Part shown: in pieces, positions 26,583 through 39,919 of the stretch | How the letters are laid out: each line of letters starts with the position of its first letter | How positions within the stretch are numbered: the stretch's first letter is position 1 | Assembly (NCBI GenBank): GCA_030390025.1 | Contig: CM059432.1 | Span: 56,360,001 to 56,424,000 of the forward strand | From: Squalus acanthias | Taxonomy: Eukaryota | Length of the DNA stretch: 64,000 nucleotides | Reading direction: 5' to 3' | Notes under the pieces: generated by a model | The model's input: the letters and a program-made list of their open reading frames with translations, nothing else | What the model was told of the DNA's origin: nothing | Database searches by the model: none | Made by a program: the position numbers and the translations under genes

Positions 26583-27225
26583 GGGGGAAAAATTGGGTTG
26601 CGCCCCGAAAAAATTAGCGCCCCCGCGCCTGAAATTCACTGGTAGCGCCACAAGAGGGAGGCGGGGCGCTACTGGAAGCGCCTCGCCTCCCTCTTGGGGC
26701 GCTGCGAGTGAATATCACCGGCGCTACGTGCCGCAGCGCCACGCTCAGCGGCATGTCGCGCCACGGTACTGCAGGCCTTCCTCCCCTTATTTGAAGGGGA
26801 GGGGCCTAGCGCAGCGTGACCCGGGGCCTAGCTGGGCCACCAGGGATCAGAGTGCCGGCAAAAGAGCCCGGCACTCGAGAAGTGCCGGGTTCACGGAGCG
26901 CAGCACAGAAGGCCGGGGACAGCAACGGAGGCAGGTGCTGGCAGGCGGCCAGCAACAATCGCCTTTAATTTGCGCAGCCCCGGCCGCAGGTAGGCCCCCC
27001 CTGACCCTGTCGGACATGGCATGTGGCGGTAAGTCAGGGGTCGCAGCCGGAGCGGGGCGCTGCGCACGACGATGATGTCATCGCCGGCGGCGCAGCGCCA
27101 CGAGGCGTTAACGGTTACCGTGCTGCTAACCTCCCGCTGAATTTCGTGGGAGGCATTGGCAGCGCTGCGCCCAGGCGCTAGTTGTTTTGCGCCCCGTTAG
27201 CGCCAGTCAACCGCACTTTCCCCCC
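26583..27225. mobile_element. GC-rich MITE with TAT TSD (family of 1416-2316)
   Basis: Ends GGGGGAAA and TTTCCCCC(C). TAT duplicated at 26580-26582 and 27226-27228 inside the CR1 tail. Confidence 0.8.
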
Positions 27226-28600
27226 TATGACTCCTGCCTCGATTTTGTAGCTTTAGTCACGCTTAACTTTTGAAACTCTAGGTTTCTACATTGCACCCGC
27301 ACGCCTAATCTCTGTAGCTTTAGCTGCACCAGTGCACTTCACTCTGACCTGAGCTCTCCACTGCTCGCTGGCTGCCTCTCCCTATGTTACCTCCTGCCCT
27401 GCTGCCTAATCTTCATTATTTTGGAGACACTGTTACTAATGAAATGGCAGATAGCTGCCCCGTTCCCTAATCGTCACGGATTTTCTCAGTGCTATGATCA
27501 CTTACATTATAAGTGTTTATAGCACTTGGAAAACCTGTAAAAATGAGGGAAGGAAAGACAGTGGCCTGGCATTTAAAAAAATGAAGTGTGGTGAAAGCTG
27601 CAAATATTAACAGTAGGGGTGTGAAGCTAAAAGCTCAGCAGAGAGAGCCAGCAGAAGGGAGAGGGATCTCGCAGAGGCCTTTGACCAGGGAGTGATGCTC
27701 TGATGGGCAACAAATCAGGGTTGGGAAACAAGTGGGATGCAGGCTTGTGGCAACTGGACAGCCTAATGTGTGGTGGGAAGCAGGATTGGGCATTTGAAGG
27801 TGTGGGGCAGAACTGGGATAAGGCAGCTGACTGCACTTCAACGGGAACAGATGGCAGGAAGACAGATGATTGCATTTTAAGTTTAAGTAATTTTATGGCG
27901 GTATCTTAAATTGAAGTAAATTTAAATTGAACTGGGACATGTACAAGTGTCCAGGTTTGTCAGTAGAGGACTTGAGAGAGATACAACTGAGGCGCAGATG
28001 CGCAACCTAATGTTGGGAGGACTAAAAGGTAAGTGTAATGATAATTATGGGTAGTTTAGAAAGGGGTGTGTGGAAGTGTGACCGGTGCAAAAGAATTTTA
28101 ATACAGGAAGTAAATGTGACAACAGGAAGTGCTGCTAGTCACAAGTTTTCATGTACTGTAGATGGTAACTTTTTTTTCAGATTGTTATTTCTTCTCATCT
28201 ATATCTTGTGTGCACTTCTATCATGCAAATTGCAAACATCTGATTTGGAGTACATTATTGATCAAGAGTGTAAAATTATCTCGCGTGTTATTCCATAAAT
28301 ACCATTAAAAACATCTTGCTGTTATTTTTGGTGGGTCTAAGTTGCACACATTATTAAAGCCCATTTTAAATTCAAGTACATGCTATTCTAAACATTCAGA
28401 ATGTTTTGTGGTTTGAATGTTATACCACTATTTTTGTACTCCTGGTCAACAATTGTTCTTTTTCCTCAAAATTAATTGAGTTTCTCCAAGTATTTGTTTC
28501 TGTCTAAATATACTGCTGTTTTTATCTATAAATCTAGAACTTTCAATCCCAAATCACGCTTAATTTTAAACTTGTTTTTGTTTTCTATACTACTTGAACT

Positions 28601-28935
28601 GTCAGCTTGCCTCAGTTGTTAGCCCTCTCACCTCTGAATGAGACAATTGAGAGCAACCCTTTTTATAATGTAGTGCACAATCTAGGCTGACACTCCAAGT
28701 TAGAGTGCTGCATTGTCGAGGGTATTGTCCTTCAGTTTCAGTGTTGTACCTAGACTTCATCTGCCTGTTCTGGTGGTTCAAGTGGATGTTAAAGATCTCA
28801 TGGCAATATTCAAAGAAAAGCAGCGATATCCTAGACAAAATTCCTCTCCCTCAAACAACACCACCAAAAACAGTTCAACTGATATTCTCATTGCTGTTTA
28901 TGGGATCTTAGGTTGCGCAAAATGGCTGCCACACC
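28601..28935 (+). mobile_element. tRNA-headed DeuSINE-like SINE (SacSINE1/AmnSINE-type core)
   Basis: Degenerate tRNA-like head GTCAGCTTGCCTCAGTTGTTAGC, then GGATGTTAAAGATCTCATGGCAATATTCAAAGAA...CATTGCTGTTTATGGGATCTT...AAATGGCTGCC, which resembles the Deu domain as I recall it. Confidence 0.7.
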
Positions 28936-29057
28936 ATATCTAGAGATAGCTGAGCCAGAAAGTTTAAGTCCCTGCCCTTTCCTCGTTCATTTCCATTATA
29001 ACTGAGATCTGTGTGAAGTATTTTAAAGTTGTTAATGATGGTGTTGCATAATATAAT

Positions 29058-29919
29058 AGCCCGGAGTTTGCGGTCAGCGAAGAAGTGATGGCACTCGCCG
29101 CTGACCTCCAACAAAGCTGCTCACAACGATCTAGCGACCTCTGTGGCGTCAATTTCAGCTGTCCTGACTTTCGTTTGAATCTGGCACCGCTTCAAACGAA
29201 TCCTAAGTATCCAGCAACAGTAAGGCCATCAAGCTGGCTAAGCAACCAATCACATTGAAGAATTCTCAGACTGCAAACCAGGAAGTAAAATGCACGGATT
29301 CTAATTTGCTTTTTATAAATTTTAGAGAGCGAAATAAAGATTGGGACATACACATATGATTAAGGTGGAAGCTGAAAGATCATAAACTTAAAAAAAAAAG
29401 TTATATTTAAAAACTTGTAATTCTTAACCATATTAATGGAAAATTTGATATTCCACAAATATAAAATTAGTTTTTCAGGGCCAGAACGGTTGTTCAGCAG
29501 TCAGTACGCCGTTAAAAAGCCAGTTACACCTCTTTCAACAAGGCTTAAAATTTTAGGGTTCTGACGAAGGGTCATCGACCTGAAATGTTAACTCTGTTTC
29601 TCTCTGCACAGATGCTGCCTGACCGGCTGAGTATTTCCAGCATTTTCTGTTTTTATTTTAAATTTTAGTTTTTTTTTAACAGTGATATTCCATTGTAAAA
29701 GTGGAAGTTTACGTCCTTGTATATAATTTCAACTGATTGCCGGCCCTGGGGTGCTCCACAACGCAACCTGTGATGGATCATTGAATGCCTGACCACAAGT
29801 TTAGGATCTTGGCGTTTATCTGTGCGTGCGCTTCATCCTGAAGTTGCGGTCAGTTTCAGAGGTGTAATGACGGCGAACGCTGACAGTTTCGCTGTTATTG
29901 CCATGGCAAAATCCGGGCC
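29058..29919. mobile_element. MITE with 14-bp TIRs and AAT TSD
   Basis: TIRs AGCCCGGAGTTTGC and GCAAAATCCGGGCC. AAT at 29055-29057 and 29920-29922. Confidence 0.85.
29557..29659 (+). mobile_element. About 100-bp Penelope-like pLTR fragment with a minimal hammerhead motif, inserted in a MITE
   Basis: GGTT-CTGACGA-AGGGTC-ATC-GACCT-GAAA-TG-TT-AACTC, flanked by AAATTTTAG duplications (29548-29556, 29660-29668). Absent from the sister MITE at about 11950. Confidence 0.75.
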
Positions 29920-30504
29920 AATTTCTTCAACTCTCACCTCCTACACGTTCAGCTGTTTTGATTTCTCTAAGTAAAGAAAAATGTTGAAAATAAAATATGT
30001 AGTTTTAGTCATAAAATGCTAAATCAAATTTTATTTTAATAAAAACTACCTTGCATTTATACAACAACTTATCGCACACCAACATCTCAAACACTCAACA
30101 TAATTAATTACTTTTGAAGTGCAGAGACTGTTGTGTAGGCAAAATTTGCACTGTATGTTCACAGAATTGTAAAGATTATATCAAACAAAATGCCATTCAG
30201 CATACCACACTTAATTTAAAGAGGAACGCTATCATTTGAAAAGGCATTTGATTGAGGTTTTTCCATTTTTGTGAAAGGTGGTATCTTTCAGGAATTAATT
30301 GCTTTACAACATAATTAGCTCAACATTTACTACCTAAATTTCATAAAAATCAAAAATTTTCTACAATTCTTAGACCACACTCAGATGTAAGATTTGAACT
30401 TGTATTAATCTTGTCCCAATCTGGTTATTTTGTTTTACACTAAGATATTGATGAATATGTATTGTGTGATTTTAACCTGATTGATTGGCTCTTGTGTTTT
30501 TCAG

Positions 30505-30637
30505 GTTACCAAACTTCTGTTTTTGGGGTGTCCAGTGACTGCCTGTTAGAAAATTTGCCTGGAGTGAAAACTAATGGCTGCACTGTAGAAGTTGTCCCAG
30601 CTTTACCACGGCTACAAATTACTACCTCTCTGCCACG
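30505..30637 (+). CDS. TRAPPC9: TRAPPC9 internal coding exon (133 nt, phase 1 to 2)
   Basis: TTTTTCAG acceptor and GTAGGA donor at 30638. Translates (G)[43 protein letters not shown](R), continuing the previous exon in phase. Confidence 0.95.
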
Positions 30638-32431
30638 GTAGGATATTTTAAAATGAATTACATCTTGGTTCATACTGGTTGCATTGCACAGTTTGATTTG
30701 TTTCCCCCTGTATGTGCTCAGCACAGTTATAATGGTAAGTTATATTTATGTCCTGACACATGTTGTTCAAGCATGAAATATGATTATTAACAATACACTT
30801 TTCTCTTCATATATGGGCATGATTATGCTCACTGTATAAACTCACATAGTTGTTTCTTCAACTGTAAGCTGCACAACAAAATGTCCCTTAGTGGCTGCAG
30901 TGCCACCACTGAACAAGAAACTTAAACTAACCAATTAAAACACTTATTGCTTGATGATTGTCATAGCTTAGTGCAATTTTTTTTATTAATAGAAAGATAC
31001 AATTAAATAGTGCCTTATCATGTTTCTCAAGCATTTCAGAGTGCGGCGTTACTTTGTAACTGTTATGCAGGAAAACATGGCTGTTATTTTGCACCTGTGT
31101 ATGCAATGAAGAGCACCCGCCACCCTAGTGAATCCAACAAAGCATAAAATGATTTATTCTTTACTTTGGTGGAAATGGAAGTCTTCCATCACTGTGCATC
31201 AGTCACCTTTTCAATATAGGTGGACCTGATACTTTGTCCAATGACGGAGAAATTATTCTGATTGAAAAGACCTGGAGTTTAATGGCTGCTGTCACTTCAC
31301 AGATGTGAGCAGAGGAGTTGGAGTCAGTAACAATCACTTTAAATCATTTCTCAGCATTGCACATATCTCTTGCTTCTCTTTCCACTGCTTCTATGATGGA
31401 CAAGATGCAAGCATTTGAGGCTTTATTAATCCTCTCCTCAGAGCAAAATATCCTCCTGTATATATGAAAAGAAATTTGTGAATGTTGGAAATCAGAAATA
31501 AAATGTTAATTGTACACATTAAGACCTTCCCTAAAGGACATTAATGAATCAGTTAGGTTTTTACAACAATCTAACAGCTTTCTGCTCACAGAAATGTGCG
31601 GTGTATTGAATTCATATTCACAAACTGCCATGGTGGGGTTAGAACTCCTATTCTCTGGATTATTAGTCCATGCCTCTGGAATACTAGTCCAGTAACATAA
31701 CAGCTATGCTATCTTATCCCTTTTTAAAAACAATTACTTTTCATATGTGATATAGTCGTACTGGAATAGGATTTTTAGGTACATTTACACATTCTGCTGT
31801 GACTTTTGAAGAGAAGTTTTGGAGATTATGTTTAGGACATTTTTCATTATACAGTTTTTCATTTGTATGATGTCCTAAAATGTAAGTGACAGCATTGAAT
31901 GTATTGAATATATAGAATTTTTGTTTATTCAACAGAGTAATGTAAACAATTAAATACAGAAGACTAAGATGGTTTGGTATACTGTTTTAATAATTTAGAT
32001 ATCTTTCTGTAATATTGAATATTCCCTGTTGACACAATTTTGCTTTATGTTGTCACATTTGTTGTCAACTTTTCTATTATAAAATCCACGTCCACGTTAA
32101 TAATGGAAACTACTTGTATACGTACCTTTCCACCAGTGCTGGCACTGTAGTAGCTCAGCTTTGCATCAGCCAGCTCCTCCGCCTTTACAACAGAGCAACT
32201 CCTATGCTCCAACCACACTTTCTGGCATCTGACATTACTGATGAGTTTTGCTATTTAATTGTATAAAGTAATTATATATCTTGTGTCTGTGCACACTTCC
32301 CATTCTACAAAACCTTCCTATTTACACTTTTAAATCATACTTTTGTCACTTTTTTTCCTTTTTAAATTCCTCTGTCCACATTTAAAATGGAAATCTGCTA
32401 TGTAAAATCAGCATCCTGTAATTGCCTTGTT

Positions 32432-32433
<2 letters not shown>

Positions 32434-32527
<94 letters not shown>
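32434..32527. repeat. (GT)n microsatellite, about 47 units
   Basis: Directly visible. Confidence 0.97.
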
Positions 32528-32528
<1 letters not shown>

Positions 32529-33201
32529 GAGTAACTGGGGGATACAAGGGTTGAGAGGGTAGTTCAAAGGGGAAGCAATAGTGGGAGTATAGGGATGGTA
32601 GGAAGAGAAGGAGGTGATGGGGGGTTAAAGACATGATTGGAGTGAGGAATTGGGGGAGGGGATGGGAAAGGAGCCTCTGAGGGCCATGTTTATTCTGCAG
32701 CTGTTGGTTGAACCTGTCCTTGCCATACCAGCCATGTAATCCACCACCCAAAGGAAAAGACCAACAGAAGCAGAAGACGACCGGGAGAAAAAACAAAAGA
32801 TTTCATAAGAGGTAGAAGCAGAAGAGGAAAGACTGAAAGAAGCAGCAATACGAGGACAGAGGCAGGCTAGAGAGACCACAATCCTCCAATTTACCGTGTG
32901 CAATGCAATGGGAGATCAACTTTTATAAAACACAAGTATTGTATAAAAGAGACAGAATTGATGATTTTAAAATGGCGATATTCTGTGCATATAATATGTA
33001 TGTATTATCTCCCCATACACGTCGATGTCTAATTATCTCTTGCCCTCTAACCCCATTTCATCTGAAGACTGCACTGTCTTAACTCCCTGTGTGCAACACC
33101 ATGGCAGATTAACATGTATTAAAACATTTTTTTTCCCCTGGTTGGTGCATTTCACATGGTTGCATTCAGTTTGATCACATGAACTTTTTTACTGTATAAT
33201 A

Positions 33202-36200
33202 ATAGAAACGTAGAAAAATAGGAGCAGGAGTAGGCCATTTTGCCCTTTGAGCCTGCTCCGCCATTCAATATGATCATGGCTGATCCTCTATCTCAATACC
33301 ATATTCCTGCTCTCTTCCCCATACTCCTTGATGCCTTTTGTGTCTAGAAATCTATCTATCTCCTTCTTAAATATATTCAATGACTTGGCCTCCATAGCCT
33401 TCTGTGGCAGAGAATTCCACAGGTTCACCACCCTCCTGAGTGAAGAAATTTCTCCTCATCTCAGTCCTAAATGTCCTACCCCGTATCCTGAGACTGTGAC
33501 CCCTTGTTCTAGACCCTCCCAGCCAGGGGAAACATCCTCCCTGCATCCAGTCTGTCTAGCCCTGTCAAAATTTTATACGTTTCAGTGAGATCCCCTCTCA
33601 TTCTTCTAAACTCTAGTGAATACAGGTTTAGTCGACCCAATCTCTCCTCATACGACAGGCCTGCCATCCCAGAAATCAGTCTGGTGATCCTTCGCTGCAC
33701 TCCCTCTATGGCAAGTATATCCTTTCTTGGGTAAGGAGACCAAAACTGCACACAGTACTCCAGGTGTGGTCTCACCAAGGCCATGTACAACTGTAGTAAG
33801 ACATCCTTGCTCCTGTACTCAAATCCTCTTGCAATGAAGGCCAACATACCATTTGCCTTCCTAACTGCTTGCTGCACCTGCATGTTTGCTTTCAGTGACT
33901 AGTGTATAAGGACACCCAGGTCCCTTTTGTACATCAGCATTTCCCAATCTATCACCGTTTAAATAATACTCTACCTTTCTGTTTTTCCGACCGAAGTGGA
34001 TAACTTCACATTTATCCACGTTATACTGCATCTGCCATGTATTTGCCCACTCAGTCAACTTGTCTAAATCGCCTTGAAGCCTCTTTGCATCGTCCTCACA
34101 ACTCACAATCCCACCTAGTTTTGTGTTGTCAGCAAACTTGGAAATATTACATTTGGTTTCCTCATCCAAATCATTGATATGTATTGTGAATAGCTGGGGC
34201 CCAAGCACTGATCCCTGCGGTACCCCACTAGTCACCGCCTGCCACCCCGAAAAAGACCCATTTATTCCTACTCTCTGTTTCCTGTCTGTTAACCAATTTT
34301 CAATCCATGCCAGTATATTACCCCCAATCCCATGAGCTTTAATTTTTCACACTAACCTCTTATGTGGGACTTTATCAAAGGCCTTCTGAAAATCCAGATA
34401 CACCACATCCACAGGTTCTCCCTTATCTATTCTACCAGTTACATCCTCAAAAAACTCCAGTAGGTTTGTCAAACACTATTTCCCTTTCATAAATCCATGT
34501 TAACTTTGTCTAATCCCGTTGATATTTTCTAAGTGTCCTGTTATCACATCCTTTATAATAGACTCTAGCATTTTCCCTACTACTGATGTTAGGCTAACCG
34601 GTCTGTAGTTATCTGTTTTCTCTCTCCCTCCTTTTTTAAATAGTGGGGTTACATTTGCCACCCTCCAATCTGCAGGAACTGTTCCATAATCGATAGAATT
34701 TTGGAAGATGACAACCAATGCATCCACTATTTCCATGGCTACCTCTTTTAGTACTCTGGGGTGCAGATTATCAGGCCCATGGGATTTATCAGCTTTCGGT
34801 CCCATTAATTTCTCCAGCACTTTTTTTACTAATACTAATTTCCTTTAATTCCTCCTTCTCACTAGACCCTTGGTTCCCCAGCATTTCTGGGAAGTTATTT
34901 GTGTCCTCTTCCGTGAAGACAGAACCAAAGTATTTGTTTAATTGCTCGGCCATTTCCTTGTTCCCCATTATAAATTCTCCCGTTTCTGACTGTAAGGGAC
35001 CTACATTTGTCTTCACTAATCTTTTACTTTTTACATACTTGTCGAAGCTTTAACAATCCGCTTTTATGTTCCTTGCAAGTTTACTCTCATACTCTGTTTT
35101 TCCCCTCTTAATCAATCTCTTGGTCCTTTTTTGCTGAACTCTAAACTGCTCCCAATCCTCAGGCTTGCTACTTTTTCTGGCAACTTTATATTTCTCCTCT
35201 TTGGATCTAATACTATCCTTAATTTCTTTTGTTCGCCATGGTTGGGCCACTTTTCCTTGAGTGTTTTTGCGCCAGAAAGGAATGTACAACTTGCAATTCA
35301 TGCATTCGTTCCTTAAATGTTAGCCATTGCCTATCCACCGTCATGCCTTTTAATGAAGCTCCCCAATCTATCATAGCCAACTCACTCCTCATACCATCGT
35401 AGTTTCCTTTGTTTAGATTTAGGACCCTAGTTTCGGATTGGACTTCTTCACTTTCCATTTTAATGAAGAATTCTATCATGTTATGGTCACTCTTCCCTAA
35501 AGGACCCCGCACAACCAGATTATTAATTAACCCCTTCTCATTGCACAATATCAAATCGAGGATAGCCTGTTCCCTAGTTGGCTCCTCAACATACTGCTCT
35601 AAAAAATCATCTCGTACACACTCCAGGAATTCATCCTCCACAGTATTATTGCTAATTTGGTTTGGCCAGTCTATATGTAGATTAAAGTCACCCTTGTTAC
35701 ATGCATCTCTAATTTCCTGTTTGATGCCATCCCCTACATTACCACTACTGTTTGGAGGCCTATAGACAACTCCCACCAATGTTTTCTGCCCCTTGGTGCT
35801 TCTTAGTTCCACCCAGACTGATTCTACATCTTGATTTTCTGAGCCAATATCCTTTCTCACTATTGCTCTGATTTCATTCTTTAGTAACCAGGCCACCCCA
35901 CCTCCTTTTCCTTTTCGCCTGTCCTTCCTAAATATCGAATATCCTTGGATATTCAGCTCCCAGCCTTGGTCACCCTGCAGCCAAATCTCCGTAATTGCAA
36001 TGATATCATATCCGTTTACATCTATTGTGCTGTTAATTCGTCTACCTTATTACAAATGCTTTGTGCATTCAGATACAGTGCCTTTAGATTTGTCTTGTTA
36101 ACATTTTTAGACATCTTAACATTTTTTTGTACTATGGCCCTATTTGTCTTATTACCATTTTTTGTTACCCGGACCCCATTTGTTAGTGCACTCCTTTGTA

Positions 36201-36320
36201 CGCTCTGTCCCTTCCTGACACAATCTGGCTATCCTTACCCCATTCACTTTCCTGCACTGCTTCCTTGTCTTTTCTCTTTCGCATTCTAGATTTCGCTTCA
36301 CCGGGACCCTCCTAATCAGA
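33202..36320 (-). mobile_element. CR1 LINE (APE and RT, 5'-truncated near the ORF2 start)
   Basis: ORFs 35219-35896 (APE: VYRPPN, GDFN, SDH), 34500-34820, 33861-34235 and 33509-33883 (RT). 3' stem-loop and tail at about 33202. Confidence 0.94.
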
Positions 36321-36337
36321 CATTTAAGTATACTCAA

Positions 36338-36390
36338 TGGCCCGGAATTTGTGGTCAGGGGCGAAGCAAATGCATTCGCCGCTGAGTAAA
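36338..36390. mobile_element. Isolated left end of the 11457/29058 MITE family
   Basis: GGCCCGGAATTTGTGGTCAGGGGCGAAGCAAA nearly matches 11457-11488. Confidence 0.6.
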
Positions 36391-36664
36391 GGAGAGTTTT
36401 TTTTTCTTTGATGGAACATTATCATTTTAGACTTGTGTTCTTTACAGAAGAATGTGGTGAGCACCAATGGAAATGAGAGATTTACAAAATAATAATATGT
36501 GGAAATATATAACTGGCTGAAAGCCAAAATGTTGTTAAAACTTCCTTTGCTACATTAAAGTTGCAGTTTAATGAATATAAATATGGCATGAACTATAAAT
36601 TAAGTAGTGATGCACTGCATTCTTTCCTTCATATTATAAATATTCAATAAAATGAGTTTTTAAA

Positions 36665-37283
36665 AATTTGTTTATGGGATGTGGGCGTCGCTGCCAAGGC
36701 CAGCATTTATTGCCCATCCCTAATTGCCCTTGAGAAGGTGGTGGTGAGCCGCCGCCTTGAACCGCTGCAGTCCGTGTGGTGAATGAACTCCCACAGTGCT
36801 GTTAGGGAGGGAGTTCCAGGATTTTGATCCAGCGATGAGGAAGGATCGGCGATATACTTCTAAGTCAGGATGGTGTGTGACTTGAAGGGGAACTTGGAGG
36901 TGGTGGTGTTCCCATGCACCTGCTGCCCTTGTCCTTCTAGGTGGAAGAGGTCGCGGGTTTGGGAGGTGCTGCTGAAGAAGCCTTGGTGATGTGCTGCAGT
37001 GCATCTTGTAGATGGTACACACTGCAGCCATGGTACGCAGGTGGTGGAGGGAGTGAATGTTTAAGGTGGTGGATGGGATGCCAATCAAGCGGGCTGATTT
37101 GTCTGGATGGTGTCGAGCTTCTTGAGTGTTGTTGGAGCTGCACTCATCCAGGCAAGTGGAGAGTATTCCATCACACTCCTTACTTGTGCCTTGTAGATGG
37201 TGGGAAGGCTTTGGGCAGTCAGGAGGTGAGACACTCGCCAGAGAATACCTAGCCTCTGACCTGCTCTTGTTGCCACAGTATTT
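36665..37283 (-). mobile_element. 3' fragment of a second, divergent CR1-group LINE family
   Basis: Reads RAGQRLGILWRV...IYKAQVRSVMEYSPLAW (post-RT region). A related degenerate piece lies at about 57610-57810. Exact clade not determined. Confidence 0.75.
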
Positions 37284-37649
37284 TAGGATGCAAGGTGAAG
37301 GTCTTGTGTCACTCAGTAGAATTTTGATTGTGTGGTTTCCCAACTAAGTATTCATCAGACCATCCCTTCTGTTTGTGAAATTACAGAATTATGCTGAACA
37401 AAAAGCCTTGTGTTGCCAAAATGTTGGAGCATCCTTTACATATGATGATATAGCAGTGAAAATTAATTACCACTGTCAGGTCTCCCTCTTAACTAACCAA
37501 AACATTTCCTCTTCAAGTAAAACTGTAGAGAGTGTAGATGAAAAGAGCAAAAGAGGTAGCTGGAAGGCGTAGTAGAGAGGGCTGAGATACCTGTAGAATG
37601 GAGTGTAGCAAATGCGCAGCAAAACATGAAGACTCACTGGTGGATCAAG

Positions 37650-38196
37650 GTTACTTCCTGGATAAGGGAGGAGCTAACCAAATAAGGTACAGTTCAAAAT
37701 ATTAATCTTACACCCCCCCCAAAATAACAGCTAAACCTCAATTAAATTAAAAAAAAACCATCACATTAATAAAATAAGTATAGTTAAATAAATTAACCAT
37801 TTTAAATAAAAAATTAAATTTTTGAAAAAATTTAAAATCTTTTAAAAATAAACTTACCTGTCTTTAAAGTCTCTAAAAAAGATATACCTGTAAAAAAAAA
37901 AAAAAAATTCAAAAAAATACTTAATTCACTACTTACCTTGTTAAAAGTGGGTCTTACTCCTCCTTTTTACATTTCTAAAATCTTCAGTACTTACCTGCGC
38001 GTCCAAAGCATGAAGTGCACAGCGTGCGAGCAGCCTGTAGCGCGCACGCGATGCACCGAGGAACCGCCCCCTTTTCAAAAGAGCAATTGCCGGTTTTCAG
38101 CGCATGCGCAGGGCATGCAGAAAACCGGCAATTGCAGAGGGAATACGCGAGAGTACGCAGTGCGTACTCTCGCGCACCGCGATGAATTTTTGGGCC
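37650..38196. mobile_element. Partial MITE related to 8922-9647, in reverse orientation
   Basis: GAGTACGCAGTGCGTACTC and the CCGGTTTT..AAAACCGG hairpin, terminal GAATTTTTGGGCC, and an AT-rich core. Left end unclear. Confidence 0.65.
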
Positions 38197-39557
38197 ATTA
38201 AGTCCTGTTGGATGAGATCATCATGCCTCTGGTTCTGAGGTTTCTCTTGTGATCGGCACTGTGTGGTGTGATGAATATGATCATCGCATAATGCAATTGA
38301 ATTGTATGCTACAAGAACCACATTTGCCTTTAAGCAGATATTTTATGTTCATATTAAATTAAAAAAAAACCATAAAGTTGTAATGCAGCAAGGTAATCTA
38401 ATGTCAATTATTTTTAGAGGAAACTTCTGTTATTTTTCAAAGCTTTCATGACCCTTATCTATCCTCCAAATTGGAGTTTTAACTGTCAGTATTGGCAATC
38501 ATTTAAATAATTTACAGCAGTATTATGCAGCAAATTTGTGCTTGTTTTGATTTTTTTTAAATAATTTGAGCTGATGACCGAGGTCGATCCAGAATCGTGC
38601 CCAATTATGACAAGAACAACAATTTAGAACAGTGCACATGATTCACTTGGCATTTATTTTTCCCATAACTTGTAAAGCTGTATTTATCCACAGATTTTTT
38701 TTGGACATGCATTACTTCACTGTAGTATAAATTTTGGAAACACATATGACATGGGTTATCAAATTAAAAGTGTCACGGGTTGGGAGAGATTTCATTATGT
38801 AGACGGTTGGAGCAGGGAATGCTTTGCTGCTGTGAGTGGGTGAGGAAGATACCATTGCATCTTTTAGGGAAATATTGGATAAACATTTGAAGCACAGGAA
38901 GTAAAAAGGGTGTGGGAATAGAGCAGGGCAGTTTGAGTAGTTTTGGATCTGATGCTCTGTGTCCACCATTCAATAAACAACCCTATCTCTGGGCACATCT
39001 CTAGCCAAATTCTTTCAGTGGTCATGTGCAGCCTTCCCTTACCACAGAAAATGCTCCACCCCACTCTTACAACAGAGTAATTTCTGACACCTGAGCAATA
39101 TCATGGGAGATCCTTTAGTGTTTAATAAACCATGATGTATGATGTCCCAATGTTATATTTCCTTATGCCATTTCTATAGGGAGCAACTTATCCCAGGCTG
39201 TTGTTTTTCTTTTGTTTGAAGTAATTTGGACTAGCGTAACCTGAATAATTAGTTCTAGTTTCAACCATGCTTTGTTGTTCTTTTCCATATCCCCATATAT
39301 TAACTCTATATGGTTGGAGAGAGTCAGTTTTCCAGTCTGAGAGTAGAGTGGTCCGAGCAGTTCATGGAAGCCCAGTATCACCACTGGCTTACGCTGGAGG
39401 AGGGTGGCTGCTGTTCTCAGCTGCAACACTATCCAGCTCAACTGGGATTTAAAAAAAAAATGGATGGGGGAAATACCTTCAAAACAATAAAAATGAGCTA
39501 TCAGTATAGTCACATTTTCCTTAAAAAGGTTTGTGTCTAAATTAAAGCATACTGATT

Positions 39558-39745
39558 CATAAGAGCATAAGAATTAGGAGCAGGAGTAGGCCATAAGTCC
39601 CTTCGATCCTGCCCCACCATTCAATAAGATCATGGTTGATTTTGGACCTCACCTCCACTTTTCCGCCCGATCCCCATATTCCTTGATTCTCCTAGATCCA
39701 AAAATCTATCTATCTCAGCCTTGAATATACTCAACGACTCTTCAA
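39558..39745 (-). mobile_element. Short CR1 3'-end fragment
   Basis: CATAAGAG/CATAAGAA tail and AGGAGCAGGAGTAGGCCAT stem-loop, as in the other CR1 3' ends. Confidence 0.8.
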
Positions 39746-39919
39746 TAAGTTCTCTGTAGGAATCTTGATGTAACAGTCTGGCCGTGGTAACACAAAGAAT
39801 GGGCAAGCTCATTTGCTGTAAGTGAAAGATAAATTCAAAAGGAGCTTTGAAATAAAGATCACTGTGTCAAACATAGTTGGCAAGATTATTATCTATCTGA
39901 GACTAATGAGTCTTGCGAC

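Noticed and set aside
26581..27075. 164-aa ORF and apparent CpG island
   Set aside because: It lies within a GC-rich MITE with TIRs and TSD. Stop-poor composition explains the ORF.
32398..32796. ORF with a poly-HT tract (and the poly-SL/RE ORFs at 1685-2145)
   Set aside because: They are translations of dinucleotide microsatellites.
32640..32900. Purine-rich stretch loosely like an acidic Harbinger transposase C-terminus
   Set aside because: Too degenerate. I could not identify catalytic motifs or TIRs by eye.
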